Shown: piece after piece, positions 5,973 through 15,472 of the stretch
Numbering within the stretch: position 1 is the first letter of the stretch
Layout of the letters: the number at the start of each line of letters is the position of its first letter
Assembly: GCA_050298815.1 (NCBI GenBank)
Contig: JBNKUV010000091.1
Location: 70,633-102,632, forward strand
DNA from: Polyangiaceae bacterium
GTDB taxonomy: Bacteria > Myxococcota_A > Polyangia > Polyangiales > Polyangiaceae
Length of the DNA: 32,000 bases
Direction of reading: 5' to 3'
The notes under the pieces: generated by a model
What the model was told of the DNA's origin: nothing
Database searches by the model: none
What the model saw: the letters and a program-made list of their open reading frames with translations, nothing else
Translations under genes and position numbers: made by a program

Positions 5973-7826
5973 TCACACAATCAGCCGAACACCCCCCAAG
6001 TCTTCGACTCGGTGGCGGAACCGCGCCCCTGGCGTGCCGATGAACATCTGATTCTTGGGCACCCCCAATCGACGCGACAGGGCGTCGATCAATTGAGGCC
6101 CGAAGGTACCTCGCACCGCCACGAAGTCGATGCGGATCTCGGGGTAGAGATGGTCGAGCGCGGTGAGGTGCTCAGCCAATTCCGCTGGCACCTTCTCGTC
6201 GGGCTCGTAGACGTGCACCACCTTCAGACGATTAGTCTGCTCGTTCTGGAGAACGTACTGGACGGCCCGGTTCAAGATCGCCGGCTCGTCCCCTTTGGTA
6301 AAATAGACCATGTCCGTGCTGTTGATGATGTCGATGTGAGCCAAGACCCGTTTGCGCACACGGTCGTTCATGCTCTGCACCTTGTCGGCTATCGAACGCA
6401 TCACGGAGAGCACGACGCGAAGGATGTGCAGACGTAAGAACATCACCGCCACCACAGCGACCACGGCCAAAAAGTAGCCAGCGAATATCTCGACGTTGAC
6501 TGGGTCCATCACGATGTTACCGACCAGACCCAACAGCACGGCAAACAAGGCCACCGACACCGTGGGCCAACCAGCACGGGTATCCCGAGGCAGACGGCCT
6601 CGCCGTGCTTTGAGCAACATGTTTCCGATGGCAAACAGGCTCATCACCGAAAGAAAAGACAGAGTGTAAACCCCTGCCAATGTCTCAATCTGCCCCGCAG
6701 TGATGAACAGAATGGTGACGCATACCAGAAAGAAGGAAAGCAGGATCCAATGATTCGTCCCTCGCCAGCGGTTGGCACGCAAGAAGAACTGAGGGAGGCA
6801 GCGGTCCAGAGCCATCCGACGCATCAGGCCCGTCACGCCGACGAAGCTGGTCAATACGGCGCCGGAGAGCACGAGGACCGCGTCGATGCCGACCCAAAAA
6901 CCCAGCCACTCGTCGAGTGATCGCGTGCCCATCTCCGCGAGCAGGTCCGGAGGAACTTCTTGGATCTCTCCGAGGGGCAGGAGCCCGAGCGAGAGCAAGC
7001 TCATCAGTGGATTGAAGACAGCCACCGCGGCCCACATGTTGGGCAGCGTCTTCGGGAAGACTCCCGGCTTTTGTTCTTCGATGAAGTTCGCTGAGCTTTC
7101 GAAGCCGCTGATGCCGAGCATCGCCGCAGCAAAGCCGAAGAACAGCGCGTGCAAGAATCCGTGCTGACTCGGAAGATGCAGATTCGTGTAGAGCGTCGAA
7201 GGATCGTTGGCGACCGTTACGATCGCTGCCCCCGACAGCACGGTCAGGGTCGCCAAGTGCAGCGTGAAGATGACCAGCGCCACCACTGCGGACTCGCTGA
7301 TACCCAGAGTCGTCAAGGTTGCGAACAGGGCCAGCAACCCTATCGTCGCGGGAAACACCGGCAGGCCCCCGTACAGGTGATGAGCGTAGTGCATCGCCTC
7401 GCCCGCAGAGATCACGGCGGTAGCGACGTACGACAACAGCGTCAGGCACGCCGCTGCGGCCGCAACGCGCTTGTTGGTCGTGTTGAGCAGGACCGTGTAG
7501 CAGCCGCCGTTGAGCGGCAATGCACTGCCCACTTCGGCGTAGACCTTTCGGAACAAGTACAACACGCCCGCAACAATGAGCAGAACGAGAGGCGCGAGAG
7601 CGCCTGCGTGGGCGGCACAAAGCGCCGAGACGTAGAGACAGCTGGACGTGATATCGTTGCCGCAAATGGCCGTCGCTCGCCAGGTGCCGAGAGTGCTCTT
7701 GGTCGGCTGATCGAGACGAGCAATGGGCCCATCAACGGGTTGAAGGTCCGTGATGTTCGTCGCCTTGCCCCAACCCGCGAACTCCCAGGACTCGGGAACG
7801 TCTGTCGCATCGGGCTGAATCGTCAT
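5973..7826 (-). CDS. APC-superfamily amino acid/polyamine permease with about 190-aa cytoplasmic C-terminal domain
   Basis: Multiple hydrophobic TM segments. Motif NDITSSCLYV...GSALPLNGGCYTVLLNT. GGAG lies 5 nt upstream of ATG 7826. The track ORF starts further upstream at 7970. Confidence 0.8.
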   Translation of the reverse strand: MTIQPDATDVPESWEFAGWGKATNITDLQPVDGPIARLDQPTKSTLGTWRATAICGNDITSSCLYVSALCAAHAGALAPLVLLIVAGVLYLFRKVYAEVGSALPLNGGCYTVLLNTTNKRVAAAAACLTLLSYVATAVISAGEAMHYAHHLYGGLPVFPATIGLLALFATLTTLGISESAVVALVIFTLHLATLTVLSGAAIVTVANDPSTLYTNLHLPSQHGFLHALFFGFAAAMLGISGFESSANFIEEQKPGVFPKTLPNMWAAVAVFNPLMSLLSLGLLPLGEIQEVPPDLLAEMGTRSLDEWLGFWVGIDAVLVLSGAVLTSFVGVTGLMRRMALDRCLPQFFLRANRWRGTNHWILLSFFLVCVTILFITAGQIETLAGVYTLSFLSVMSLFAIGNMLLKARRGRLPRDTRAGWPTVSVALFAVLLGLVGNIVMDPVNVEIFAGYFLAVVAVVAVMFLRLHILRVVLSVMRSIADKVQSMNDRVRKRVLAHIDIINSTDMVYFTKGDEPAILNRAVQYVLQNEQTNRLKVVHVYEPDEKVPAELAEHLTALDHLYPEIRIDFVAVRGTFGPQLIDALSRRLGVPKNQMFIGTPGARFRHRVEDLGGVRLIV

Positions 7827-8136
7827 TCGTGCTCCAAAAAAGTTGCGCCCCGCAGTTCGAAGCGCCACTGAAGTAGTCGGACAGCCTCGAAGGCTCGTCA
7901 AGTCGAAGCACTGGATAACCTCCCCGAACACCAAGCAGCCCCGGGACACGGGTCCAAGCGCTTCGCCCACGGACGGGCATCGAGTGACTAGCTCCCACGC
8001 ACGGACCTGCCGTTCGCGCTATCCGACCTACGGCCCGCTGACGGCTCGGCCGAGGTGCCCGGCCACCCTCGGGCGCTACCTGCGACCGCTAGACGCTGAG
8101 CTCGCCGTTGCCCGGACGTACTGGTAGGCTGGCGCC

Positions 8137-9375
8137 ATGCGAGTCAAGGCCATCGTGTTGGGGATTGGTCTCACCGCGTTGGTGGGCGGCGGGGCAGCTA
8201 TTGCGCTGCGCCCCAAGGTCGTTAGGGTGGAGAGTCCGCGGCAAGGGCCAATACAGCAAACGGTGGTCGTCAGTGGGCAGGTGATGCCGCCCGCCGAGAT
8301 CCGCCTGGCGTCGTTCGTCTCGAGCACGGCGCGCAAGCTCTACGTTCGCGAGGGCGACAGTGTCGACAGTGGTCAGCTGTTACTCGAGTTGGACGAACAG
8401 GATGCAGAAGCGCAAGTGGCGCAGGCCGAGGCAGCGTTGGCATCGGCTCGCGCCGGGCGGAGTGAGCTCAGCCGTCTGAGTGCACCGCAGGCAGAAACCG
8501 AGTTGAGTCGAGCCGAGACCAACCTGGCTGAGGCACGCCGCCGCCTCGCGCGCGAAAAGCACCTGTTCGAGGCGGGGGTGACCCCTCAGGAGATCTACGA
8601 GGAGGTGAAGACGGCGGAGGAGTTGGCGGAGGCCCAGCGGCAGGCAGCGCTGTTGCAGGTGCGGGCTGCTTCTGCTGGGGGGAGTCAAGCGGTGCGCGCG
8701 CAGGCCAACGTGGCGCTCGCCGAGGCTCAGCTCGGGGTCGCCCGAGTGCAACTGGCGCGGCACGAAGTGCGCGCTCCAGCTTCCGGCGTCATCATCTCGC
8801 GTGAAGTGGAACCGGGGGACGCGGTGCTGAGCGGGAGCCCGCTGTTCGTGCTTTCTGCGACTGGCGCAACGCGGCTGCGCGTCGAGCCGGATGAACGCAA
8901 TCTCGCCTTGCTGCGCGTCGGGCAGCGCGCCGTGGCCTCTGCCGAAGCGTTTCCCGACGATCAGTTCGATGCTGAGGTGCAGTACATCGCGCCATCGGTG
9001 GATCCCGCGCGCGGAACTGTGGAGGTGCGCTTGTTGGTCGATGAGCCACCGGAGTTCTTGCGCCAGAACATGACCGTGTCGGTGGAGATCACGGTCGCGA
9101 AGAAGGAGGCGGCGCTGCTCGTTTCCCGTTCGAGCGTGGTTGCCGAAAAGCTCGAGCCCCACGTGCTGACGCTGGGAGCGGGTCGGGTAAACAAGACGCC
9201 TGTCGAGCTGGGGCTGGTTGGCGATAGGGTAGTCGAGGTCGTCTCGGGCCTCGACGCGAGCGATCGCGTCATCACGGATGCCTCGCCCGACGTTCAACCG
9301 GGGGATAGGGCGCGTGCCGAGCAAGTGGTGGCGTCGACGCACGCGAATGGGGAGTCGCGTACTGAGGGCCTATGA
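8137..9375 (+). CDS. HlyD/MFP-family periplasmic adaptor subunit (MacA-like)
   Basis: N-terminal TM segment, lipoyl-like VREGDSVDSGQLLLELD, and a long Ala/Glu/Gln/Arg-rich stretch (about residues 85-215) consistent with an alpha-helical hairpin. First gene of a three-gene operon with overlapping stops and starts. Confidence 0.8.
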   Translation: MRVKAIVLGIGLTALVGGGAAIALRPKVVRVESPRQGPIQQTVVVSGQVMPPAEIRLASFVSSTARKLYVREGDSVDSGQLLLELDEQDAEAQVAQAEAALASARAGRSELSRLSAPQAETELSRAETNLAEARRRLAREKHLFEAGVTPQEIYEEVKTAEELAEAQRQAALLQVRAASAGGSQAVRAQANVALAEAQLGVARVQLARHEVRAPASGVIISREVEPGDAVLSGSPLFVLSATGATRLRVEPDERNLALLRVGQRAVASAEAFPDDQFDAEVQYIAPSVDPARGTVEVRLLVDEPPEFLRQNMTVSVEITVAKKEAALLVSRSSVVAEKLEPHVLTLGAGRVNKTPVELGLVGDRVVEVVSGLDASDRVITDASPDVQPGDRARAEQVVASTHANGESRTEGL

Positions 9376-10595
9376 TGCGGCGTCTCGGGTTGGCCTGGTT
9401 TCTGGCGCTGCAGCTACTCCGCGAGCACCGTGCCCAGGCGTTGCTGACCGTGTCCGCAGTGGCGGTTGGGGTCTCCGTCATGATTTTCCTCTCAGCGCTG
9501 ATCACCGGACTGCAGGAGAGCCTGATTCGACAGACCCTCGGCAGCCAAGCTCACATCACGGTGGCACCTCCCGAGGAAAAGACGCGACCTCAACTCGAGG
9601 GTATGGGCATCATTCGCCGTGTCGAGGAGCCGCAGCAGCGTTTTCTCTCGATCAGTGATTGGCAGAACGTCGCCGCGCGCCTGAGCGATGAGCCTGGTGT
9701 CCTGGAAGTTGCGCCGGGCGTCACGGGCAACGCTTCGGCCCTGCGTGGCAATGCCGAACGCTCGGTGGTGCTGATGGGGTTCGACCCTTCTGAGCTCGAT
9801 GGTGTGATCGAGGTCAGCGAACGTTTGGTGCAAGGACAGTTCGAGCTCAGCGGGGCCGAGGTGGTCTTGGGTGTTCGCTTGGCGCACGACTTGGGGGTGG
9901 GCTTGGGCGACAAGTTGCGCCTGCGAACGCAGACTGCTGGCGAGATGCTCTTCACCATCGTTGGGATCTTCGACTTGGGTAGCCAGCAAGTGAACCAACG
10001 TTGGGTACTGTTGTCGCGGCGTAGTGCTCAGAGCCTGGCGGGGCTCCCCGGCGGCGTGAACCTCATGTTGATAGAAGTTCGGAAGATATTCGAGGCGGAA
10101 GAGATCGCGCAGCGCATGGTCGCGAGCACTGGGCTCGTGGTGGATTCGTGGATGAAGACCAACGAGCGCCTGCTGGTGGGACTGCGCTCGCAGTCGAGCT
10201 CCAGCTACACCATTCAGTTCTTCGTCTTTCTTGCCGTCGCGATCGGCATCGCCGCGATCTTGGTGGTCTCCGTGGTACAACGCACACGGGAGATCGGCAT
10301 CTTGCGCGCGATGGGTATCGAGCGCTCGACGGTCTTCTCGCTATTCGTGGTGCAGGGAGGGCTGATCGGGCTCGTGGGGGCCCTTGTCGGAGCGGTGCTG
10401 GGGACGGGGTTATCGAGCCTGTTCGCCCACGTCGCGCAGGCGCCGGATGGGTCACCGACGTTTCCAATGGCTCTGTCGCCGGAGCTCTACCTCGTCGCCA
10501 TCACCTTGGCGACGGTGACGGGTATGCTGGCGGCGGCGCTACCGGCGCGCTGGGCAGCGCGGTTGGACCCGGTGGAAGCGATTCGTCATGCCTGA
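9372..10595 (+). CDS. ABC transporter permease, FtsX/MacB/LolCE type
   Basis: ATGA overlap with the adaptor gene. TM1 plus a large periplasmic domain plus the C-terminal FtsX-like block REIGILRAMGIERSTVFSLFVVQGGLIGLVG. Confidence 0.8.
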   Translation: MMRRLGLAWFLALQLLREHRAQALLTVSAVAVGVSVMIFLSALITGLQESLIRQTLGSQAHITVAPPEEKTRPQLEGMGIIRRVEEPQQRFLSISDWQNVAARLSDEPGVLEVAPGVTGNASALRGNAERSVVLMGFDPSELDGVIEVSERLVQGQFELSGAEVVLGVRLAHDLGVGLGDKLRLRTQTAGEMLFTIVGIFDLGSQQVNQRWVLLSRRSAQSLAGLPGGVNLMLIEVRKIFEAEEIAQRMVASTGLVVDSWMKTNERLLVGLRSQSSSSYTIQFFVFLAVAIGIAAILVVSVVQRTREIGILRAMGIERSTVFSLFVVQGGLIGLVGALVGAVLGTGLSSLFAHVAQAPDGSPTFPMALSPELYLVAITLATVTGMLAAALPARWAARLDPVEAIRHA

Positions 10596-11316
10596 GACTA
10601 CGCCCCTGCTCGAGCTGCGCGAGCTACGCAAGAGCTACGGCGAGAAGGTTGTCACGGAGGTATTGCACGGCATCGACCTGCAGGTGTCCGCTGGCGACTT
10701 CACTGCCATCATGGGTCCCTCTGGATCGGGCAAGAGCACACTCCTCAACCAGATCGGTCTCCTCGATCGGCCGACTTCCGGCAGTGTCCTCGTGCACGGC
10801 AAGGAGACGCAGCATCTGAACGACGAGGAATTGACTGCGCTGCGCGGTCGCACTCTCGGCTTCGTCTTTCAGTTCCATCATCTGATCAATGCGCTCAGCG
10901 TGCGCGACAATCTGATGATGCCGCTGTGGCTCAGCGACGGGCACGACCCGCGACTGACCGCCGCCGAGCGTGTGCAGAAGGCTCTGGAGCAGGTAGGGCT
11001 TGCGGACAAGGCGCACGCCCACCCGGACGAGCTTTCCGGAGGCCAACAACAGCGAATCGCCGTTGCCCGCGCGCTGATTCACCGCCCGGACCTGGTTCTG
11101 GCAGACGAGCCCACCGGCAATCTCGATTCGAAAACCGCCGATGAGGTATTCGAGCTTCTGCGCCAGTTCAACGAAACGCTGGGCACGACATTTCTGATCG
11201 TCACCCACGATCCTCGTATGGCAGAACGCTGCGACAGCGTCATCACCATCGAGGATGGCGTGATTGCTGGGGTCACTCCGCGCCGAAGCGACGGGACTTC
11301 GCCGGATAGCGAATGA
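10588..11316 (+). CDS. ABC transporter ATP-binding protein (MacB/LolD type)
   Basis: Walker [10 protein letters not shown], signature LSGGQQQR, Walker [14 protein letters not shown]-loop VTHD. 8-nt overlap with the permease gene. Confidence 0.9.
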   Translation: MPETTPLLELRELRKSYGEKVVTEVLHGIDLQVSAGDFTAIMGPSGSGKSTLLNQIGLLDRPTSGSVLVHGKETQHLNDEELTALRGRTLGFVFQFHHLINALSVRDNLMMPLWLSDGHDPRLTAAERVQKALEQVGLADKAHAHPDELSGGQQQRIAVARALIHRPDLVLADEPTGNLDSKTADEVFELLRQFNETLGTTFLIVTHDPRMAERCDSVITIEDGVIAGVTPRRSDGTSPDSE

Positions 11317-11487
11317 GAGTCCCCGTTCGCAGCGGTGAAGACGATGAACCGACCGGGTTGTTCTTCGGGGAAGAGCTCGACCCGGGCGTGGGCGCCGCTG
11401 TCGTCGACTAGTCTAGAACCTGGAACTGGAAGCGGTACTCTTGGGTAAACGCATCGACGATGGGCTCTGAGCGCACGTGGGCGTCGA

Positions 11488-11656
11488 GCTGAGGCAGCGG
11501 CGGCTGAGGCTGAGGCTGAGGCTGAGGCGGCGGCTGAGGCTGAGGCTGAGGCAGCGGCGGCGGCTGAGGCTGAGGCTGAGGCTGAGGCTGAGGCTGAGGC
11601 TGAGGCTGAGACGGAGACGGTGGCGGCGCTGCCGGAGGGTTGTGTTCTTGCCCGGG
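11488..11656 (+). repeat. Composite repeat copy 3: longest (GAGGCT)n tract plus 44-nt core, ending exactly at CCCGGG
   Basis: Same left edge GCTGAGGCAGCGGCGGCT. 11613-11656 is identical to 1098-1141. Homology to copies 1 and 2 stops at 11656. Confidence 0.85.
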
Positions 11657-11829
11657 AAAATCACTACGGCTCCCGCTCAGAGCGCGGCACTTGGGGTGCG
11701 GCGTTGATGTACAGCCTGCTCGACTCCGCTGAGTTGGCTGGCGTGAACCCGAAGGTGTACTTGTCCGCTGCGGTAGACGCTGCCCTGAGCGGCCGGACCA
11801 TTCCGTTGCCTCACGAACTCGCGGTGTAG
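11657..11829 (+). pseudogene. IS66-family transposase C-terminal fragment
   Basis: [44 protein letters not shown] matches the conserved IS66 tail GRKNWLFAGSxxGGxxAAxxYSLIxTAKLNGxxPxxYL (recalled consensus). The N-terminal approximately 450 aa of a transposase are absent. The frame is continuous with the repeat core. Confidence 0.6.
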
Positions 11830-11863
11830 CCGCTGCGGCTCCTGACGCGGCCAAACCGGTCGC

Positions 11864-11888
11864 AAAAAAACGCGGCGCCTCCGCCCGT
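11864..11888 (-). terminator. Candidate intrinsic terminator downstream of the CheB-CheR gene
   Basis: On the - strand, ACGGGCGG-AGG-CGCCGCGT forms a 7-bp GC stem with one bulge, running into a T7 tract. That tract is the A7 run at 11864-11870, striking in this GC-rich DNA. Confidence 0.5.
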
Positions 11889-12026
11889 AAACGTCGAAAA
11901 GGGGCAACGCCGACTTCGTACGCCTGACTTACGCGTCGCCGAGTTGCAGGGCCTTCCTCGAGCTGACTGCGGCACGCGGCTTGAATCTCGGTAGCGCGAC
12001 ATTTCCACCGGGGTAGACCTCAGAAT

Positions 12027-14921
12027 CTACTCGGGTTGCGCTCTGAAAACGGCGAACAACAGCCGTGCGCCCGTTTCTGTGTCGGTCTTGGACTGAACGC
12101 TCAGCTTGACCGGCACCTTCGTGCCATCCGCGCGCACCAGTTCCCGTTTGACGGTAAACGGGACATCCAAGCCTCCCTTGATGAGATCCATCCCTTCCTT
12201 CATTCTCTCACGAGCTTCCGGAGCGAACACTGCTAGGGCTGAGTCCAGCGTCACTCGCCCTGCCTCCATCCCGAGCAGCCTCCTGGCTCCCGACGAGAAG
12301 CGGACTTGTTCGTTAGTGAAATCCAGGATCGCATAGCCAAAGCCGGCGATCTCCTCTGCCATATCTTGCGCACGTTCGAGCCGCCTGAGCTCGGAACTGG
12401 CGCGGGTTAGCTCGGACACCTCTTGCAGGGTGATAATAACTCCGCGTGGATCATCCGCAGAGGCTTGGAACACTCGCATCACAATGCTCCACCAAGTTCC
12501 GTCATCACCTAGGATCTTGCGCGTCGTGCGCTGCCCGCTTGCCAGCACTTGTTGTGCATCCGTGGCCAGCGTCGGATAAGCTGCCTGTACGGCGATCTCT
12601 TTCAACGGACGCCCTAGGTCCTCACGCCGCATTGGTAGGAGGTGGGTAGAGGCCTCGTTGTACCGGCGAATGCAAAGCGTATCATCGAGGAAGACAACGC
12701 CAGCAGCCATGACGCGTAGCAAGTTCTCCAGATCGGCGTTCAGCTCTTCTAGCTCACCAATTTTCTGCTGATATTCCGTATTCACCGTATAGAGCTCTTC
12801 ATTGACGCTCTGGAGTTCTTCATTGGTGCTCTGAAGTTCTTCGTTGGAAACCGTCAGTTCCTCGTTGGTTGCCTGCAGTTCCTCATTGGTCGCCTCTAGG
12901 TCCTGAACTGCCGAGTGCAGGTGCTCGCGCGCAATCGTTAGCTCATCCTCCAGCTGGTGGAGACGCTGACGCGTCGCTACGTCAATGTCGACATTGCCTA
13001 CGATGTCCGACGGTCGCCGCTCCTGCTGCTCAAAAAAGACGAGGAGAGTCGCCGGAAGGCCGCTGGTCTTCAGGAGAGGAGTGATGCGTACCGTGTAGGC
13101 CAGCTTCTCATCCTTCTGCTGGAAGTACACGTCAGGCACGCACACTTCTTCATCCTGACTCAGCGCATTGCGCGCCGCCGAATTGAGCAATACGGCGACG
13201 GCTTGGGGCACCATTTTCAAAAGGTTGACCGAGACACGGCCCTGCGGAAATCGCAGGAACCGGGACACGTCGCCAAGCGATTGGACAATATCAAGGTTGG
13301 TGTCCACGGCAAGAGTGGGCGGACACTGGCGTGAAATGATGGCGCCATACAGCAGCTCGTTCGTTCGAGATGGATTTCTAGGGAAGAGCTCTTCCCCACG
13401 GCTCATGCGGCTAGGGGTTACCATTAAGGCGGTAGAAGGCGGCGGGGTTCCTCTAGCAATGTAGGTGTTGGTTCGCTTGTCCAACGTTTGAAAACTGGCG
13501 TTGGCGTCCCCGACTGATTCACTGAGCCCTAGTAGCATGATTCCGCCGTCCACCAAGGAGTGGCGAAACCGCGCAAATGCGCGTTGCTGAGCTTCATGGG
13601 AGAAGTAGATCAGCATGTTCCGACAGCTGATCAGGTTTAGCTGAGTGAACGGAGGATCCGAAAGGATGTCGTGCTGGGCGAACGTGATGCTATCGCGCAG
13701 ACTCCGTCGCACAACGTAGTGATCGCCATGGGCTTCGAGATAGCGATCGCGCAGACGCTGGGGAATCATCTCGCATGCCGCCACGGGATAAGCGGCTGCC
13801 CGCGCAAAGGTTAGAGAGTCTTGGCGTGCGTCAGTCGCAAAGAGCCGGTAGCTGACAGGTCGGTTTGACGCACGGAGGACTTCCTGCAGTAGGATGGCAA
13901 GTGTGTAGGCTTCTTCCCCTGTTGCGCACCCTGAGCACCAAGCTCGGATTGTTGTGTGGTCCGGGGCAGCCGCTAGTATTTCTGGGATTACCGACTGCTT
14001 CAGGTTTTGCCAGACTTCCGGGTCACGAAAGAATTGAGTCACACCGATCAACATCTCTCGCGAAAGTAGCTCCAGCTCGTTGGGCTCGTCCGCCAGGTGC
14101 TTCGCGTACTCCTCGACCGAGGAAAGTCCAAGCAGGGATGTGCGTCGCTGGATTCGACGCGTTACGGTCCCTCGCTTGTACAACCCGAAGTCGATCTTGG
14201 TGTGATGATGAACAGACCTGATGATCTCGGCAACCGCCTCTTGTTCTGTCCGATCCTTCTGAAGCGCTGGCGAGCGAACGATTGGGTGTTGCGCGTAGCT
14301 AGCCAAGCTCTGGCAGAGCGCGGCGGGACCTCCCACTTGATCGGCCAGGTTCGTTGTGATCACGCTTCGTGGCATGCCGTCAAACTTGGCTGTTCCCGGC
14401 TCTTGCGCGAGCACCAGTCCGCCGGCCTCCTTGATTTGGCGACAACCGTGGGTGCCATCTGTGCCAGTCCCGCTGAGAATCACGCCTGCGCACAATTCAC
14501 GCTGTTCCCGGGCGAGGGACTCAAGAAAGACATTGATGGGTAAGACAACGCGGCTTGGATCTCGCTCATCCAAGACGAACTTGCCGTCCTCCACCAGAAG
14601 TGTGCGCTTTGGCGGAAGCAGGTAGATGGCGTCCGGCTGCGGTGTTTGCCCTTGGGTGACGTCCGTCACCTCCAGCGGCGTGTGACGAGAGAGTAGCTCT
14701 ACCATCATGCTCTTGAAGTCGGGGGAGAGGTGCTGCACCACGACGTACGCGATACCCGCCCCCTTCTTGGCCGCACTGAAGAACTCCGTGAGCGCCTCCA
14801 AACCGCCAGCGGACGCGCCAATGCCCGCGACGAAGTAAGGGAGTACCGGCTCGCGGCCAAAGTCTTCAGACGCTAGCGTTGAGGCGGGTGCGGATTCATC
14901 CGTTGGTGGACTGTCGGTCAT
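12027..14921 (-). CDS. CheB methylesterase - CheR methyltransferase - coiled coil - tandem PAS fusion protein (no kinase domain)
   Basis: CheB-type GIGASAGGLEAL, VVQHLSPDF and GTGTDG. CheR SAM motif WCSGCATGEEAYT. Heptad run ATNEELQATNEELTVSNEELQSTNEELQSVNEEL. C-terminal PAS-like region. ATGA overlap with the upstream RR gene at 14918-14921. Confidence 0.85.
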   Translation of the reverse strand: MTDSPPTDESAPASTLASEDFGREPVLPYFVAGIGASAGGLEALTEFFSAAKKGAGIAYVVVQHLSPDFKSMMVELLSRHTPLEVTDVTQGQTPQPDAIYLLPPKRTLLVEDGKFVLDERDPSRVVLPINVFLESLAREQRELCAGVILSGTGTDGTHGCRQIKEAGGLVLAQEPGTAKFDGMPRSVITTNLADQVGGPAALCQSLASYAQHPIVRSPALQKDRTEQEAVAEIIRSVHHHTKIDFGLYKRGTVTRRIQRRTSLLGLSSVEEYAKHLADEPNELELLSREMLIGVTQFFRDPEVWQNLKQSVIPEILAAAPDHTTIRAWCSGCATGEEAYTLAILLQEVLRASNRPVSYRLFATDARQDSLTFARAAAYPVAACEMIPQRLRDRYLEAHGDHYVVRRSLRDSITFAQHDILSDPPFTQLNLISCRNMLIYFSHEAQQRAFARFRHSLVDGGIMLLGLSESVGDANASFQTLDKRTNTYIARGTPPPSTALMVTPSRMSRGEELFPRNPSRTNELLYGAIISRQCPPTLAVDTNLDIVQSLGDVSRFLRFPQGRVSVNLLKMVPQAVAVLLNSAARNALSQDEEVCVPDVYFQQKDEKLAYTVRITPLLKTSGLPATLLVFFEQQERRPSDIVGNVDIDVATRQRLHQLEDELTIAREHLHSAVQDLEATNEELQATNEELTVSNEELQSTNEELQSVNEELYTVNTEYQQKIGELEELNADLENLLRVMAAGVVFLDDTLCIRRYNEASTHLLPMRREDLGRPLKEIAVQAAYPTLATDAQQVLASGQRTTRKILGDDGTWWSIVMRVFQASADDPRGVIITLQEVSELTRASSELRRLERAQDMAEEIAGFGYAILDFTNEQVRFSSGARRLLGMEAGRVTLDSALAVFAPEARERMKEGMDLIKGGLDVPFTVKRELVRADGTKVPVKLSVQSKTDTETGARLLFAVFRAQPE

Positions 14922-15355
14922 GTTGGATCCAAGGCAGGGTCGGCGGGTGACACGAGCTTCAACCAGAAAGCCTCTACGCATACAATCGTCTGGCTAAACG
15001 CATGCAGATCCATCGGCTTGACGACATGGGCGTTGGCACCCAGCTCATGGCTTAGGAGCCGGTCGTCCGCGTTGGAGGAGCCGGTGAGTATCACTATAGA
15101 AAGGAGATGCAACTTCGGCGTGGAACGGATCTGCCTGAGTAGCTCGTGCCCAGACATGTCGGGCAACGTGAGATCGAGGAGCACCAAAGAAGGACCTGGC
15201 CCCCCCCATTCCGTAAGCATCCGATAGGCTTGAGTGGCAGTGGACGCGGTGGTCACCTTGGCCTCGGGATTGGCACTGAGGAAAGCCTCCCGCACCAGCA
15301 TTGCGTCCGCGTCGTTGTCCTCCACCAGAAGCACCGTGAATCTATCTCCGCCCAT
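14918..15355 (-). CDS. Single-domain response regulator (CheY-like receiver)
   Basis: LLVEDNDADA, acceptor region LVLLDLTLPDMSG, conserved T (ILTGS) and K (VVKP). Confidence 0.9.
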   Translation of the reverse strand: MGGDRFTVLLVEDNDADAMLVREAFLSANPEAKVTTASTATQAYRMLTEWGGPGPSLVLLDLTLPDMSGHELLRQIRSTPKLHLLSIVILTGSSNADDRLLSHELGANAHVVKPMDLHAFSQTIVCVEAFWLKLVSPADPALDPT

Positions 15356-15472
15356 CGCTCGTCCCTTCGCCGCGCAGACTTGCTGTTCTCCCCTTCAAGG
15401 GCAGCGCACCCCTCCGCGACACCTGTATCCAGCCCGTAAGTTTTTCGCAGTTGCGCGCGTATAGTCAACTGC

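Noticed and set aside
11317-11487. Possible minus-strand gene relic between the ABC ATPase gene and repeat copy 3 (…[10 protein letters not shown]… and …[19 protein letters not shown])
   Set aside because: The two protein-like stretches are in different frames. One is simply the continuation of an ORF lying opposite the ABC gene. There is no start, no motif and no recognisable family.
12790-12900. Tandem 21-nt periodic DNA repeat inside the CheB-CheR gene
   Set aside because: It encodes the in-frame heptad run (xNEELQx)n, which is a conserved coiled-coil feature of this protein family. It is not an independent DNA element.
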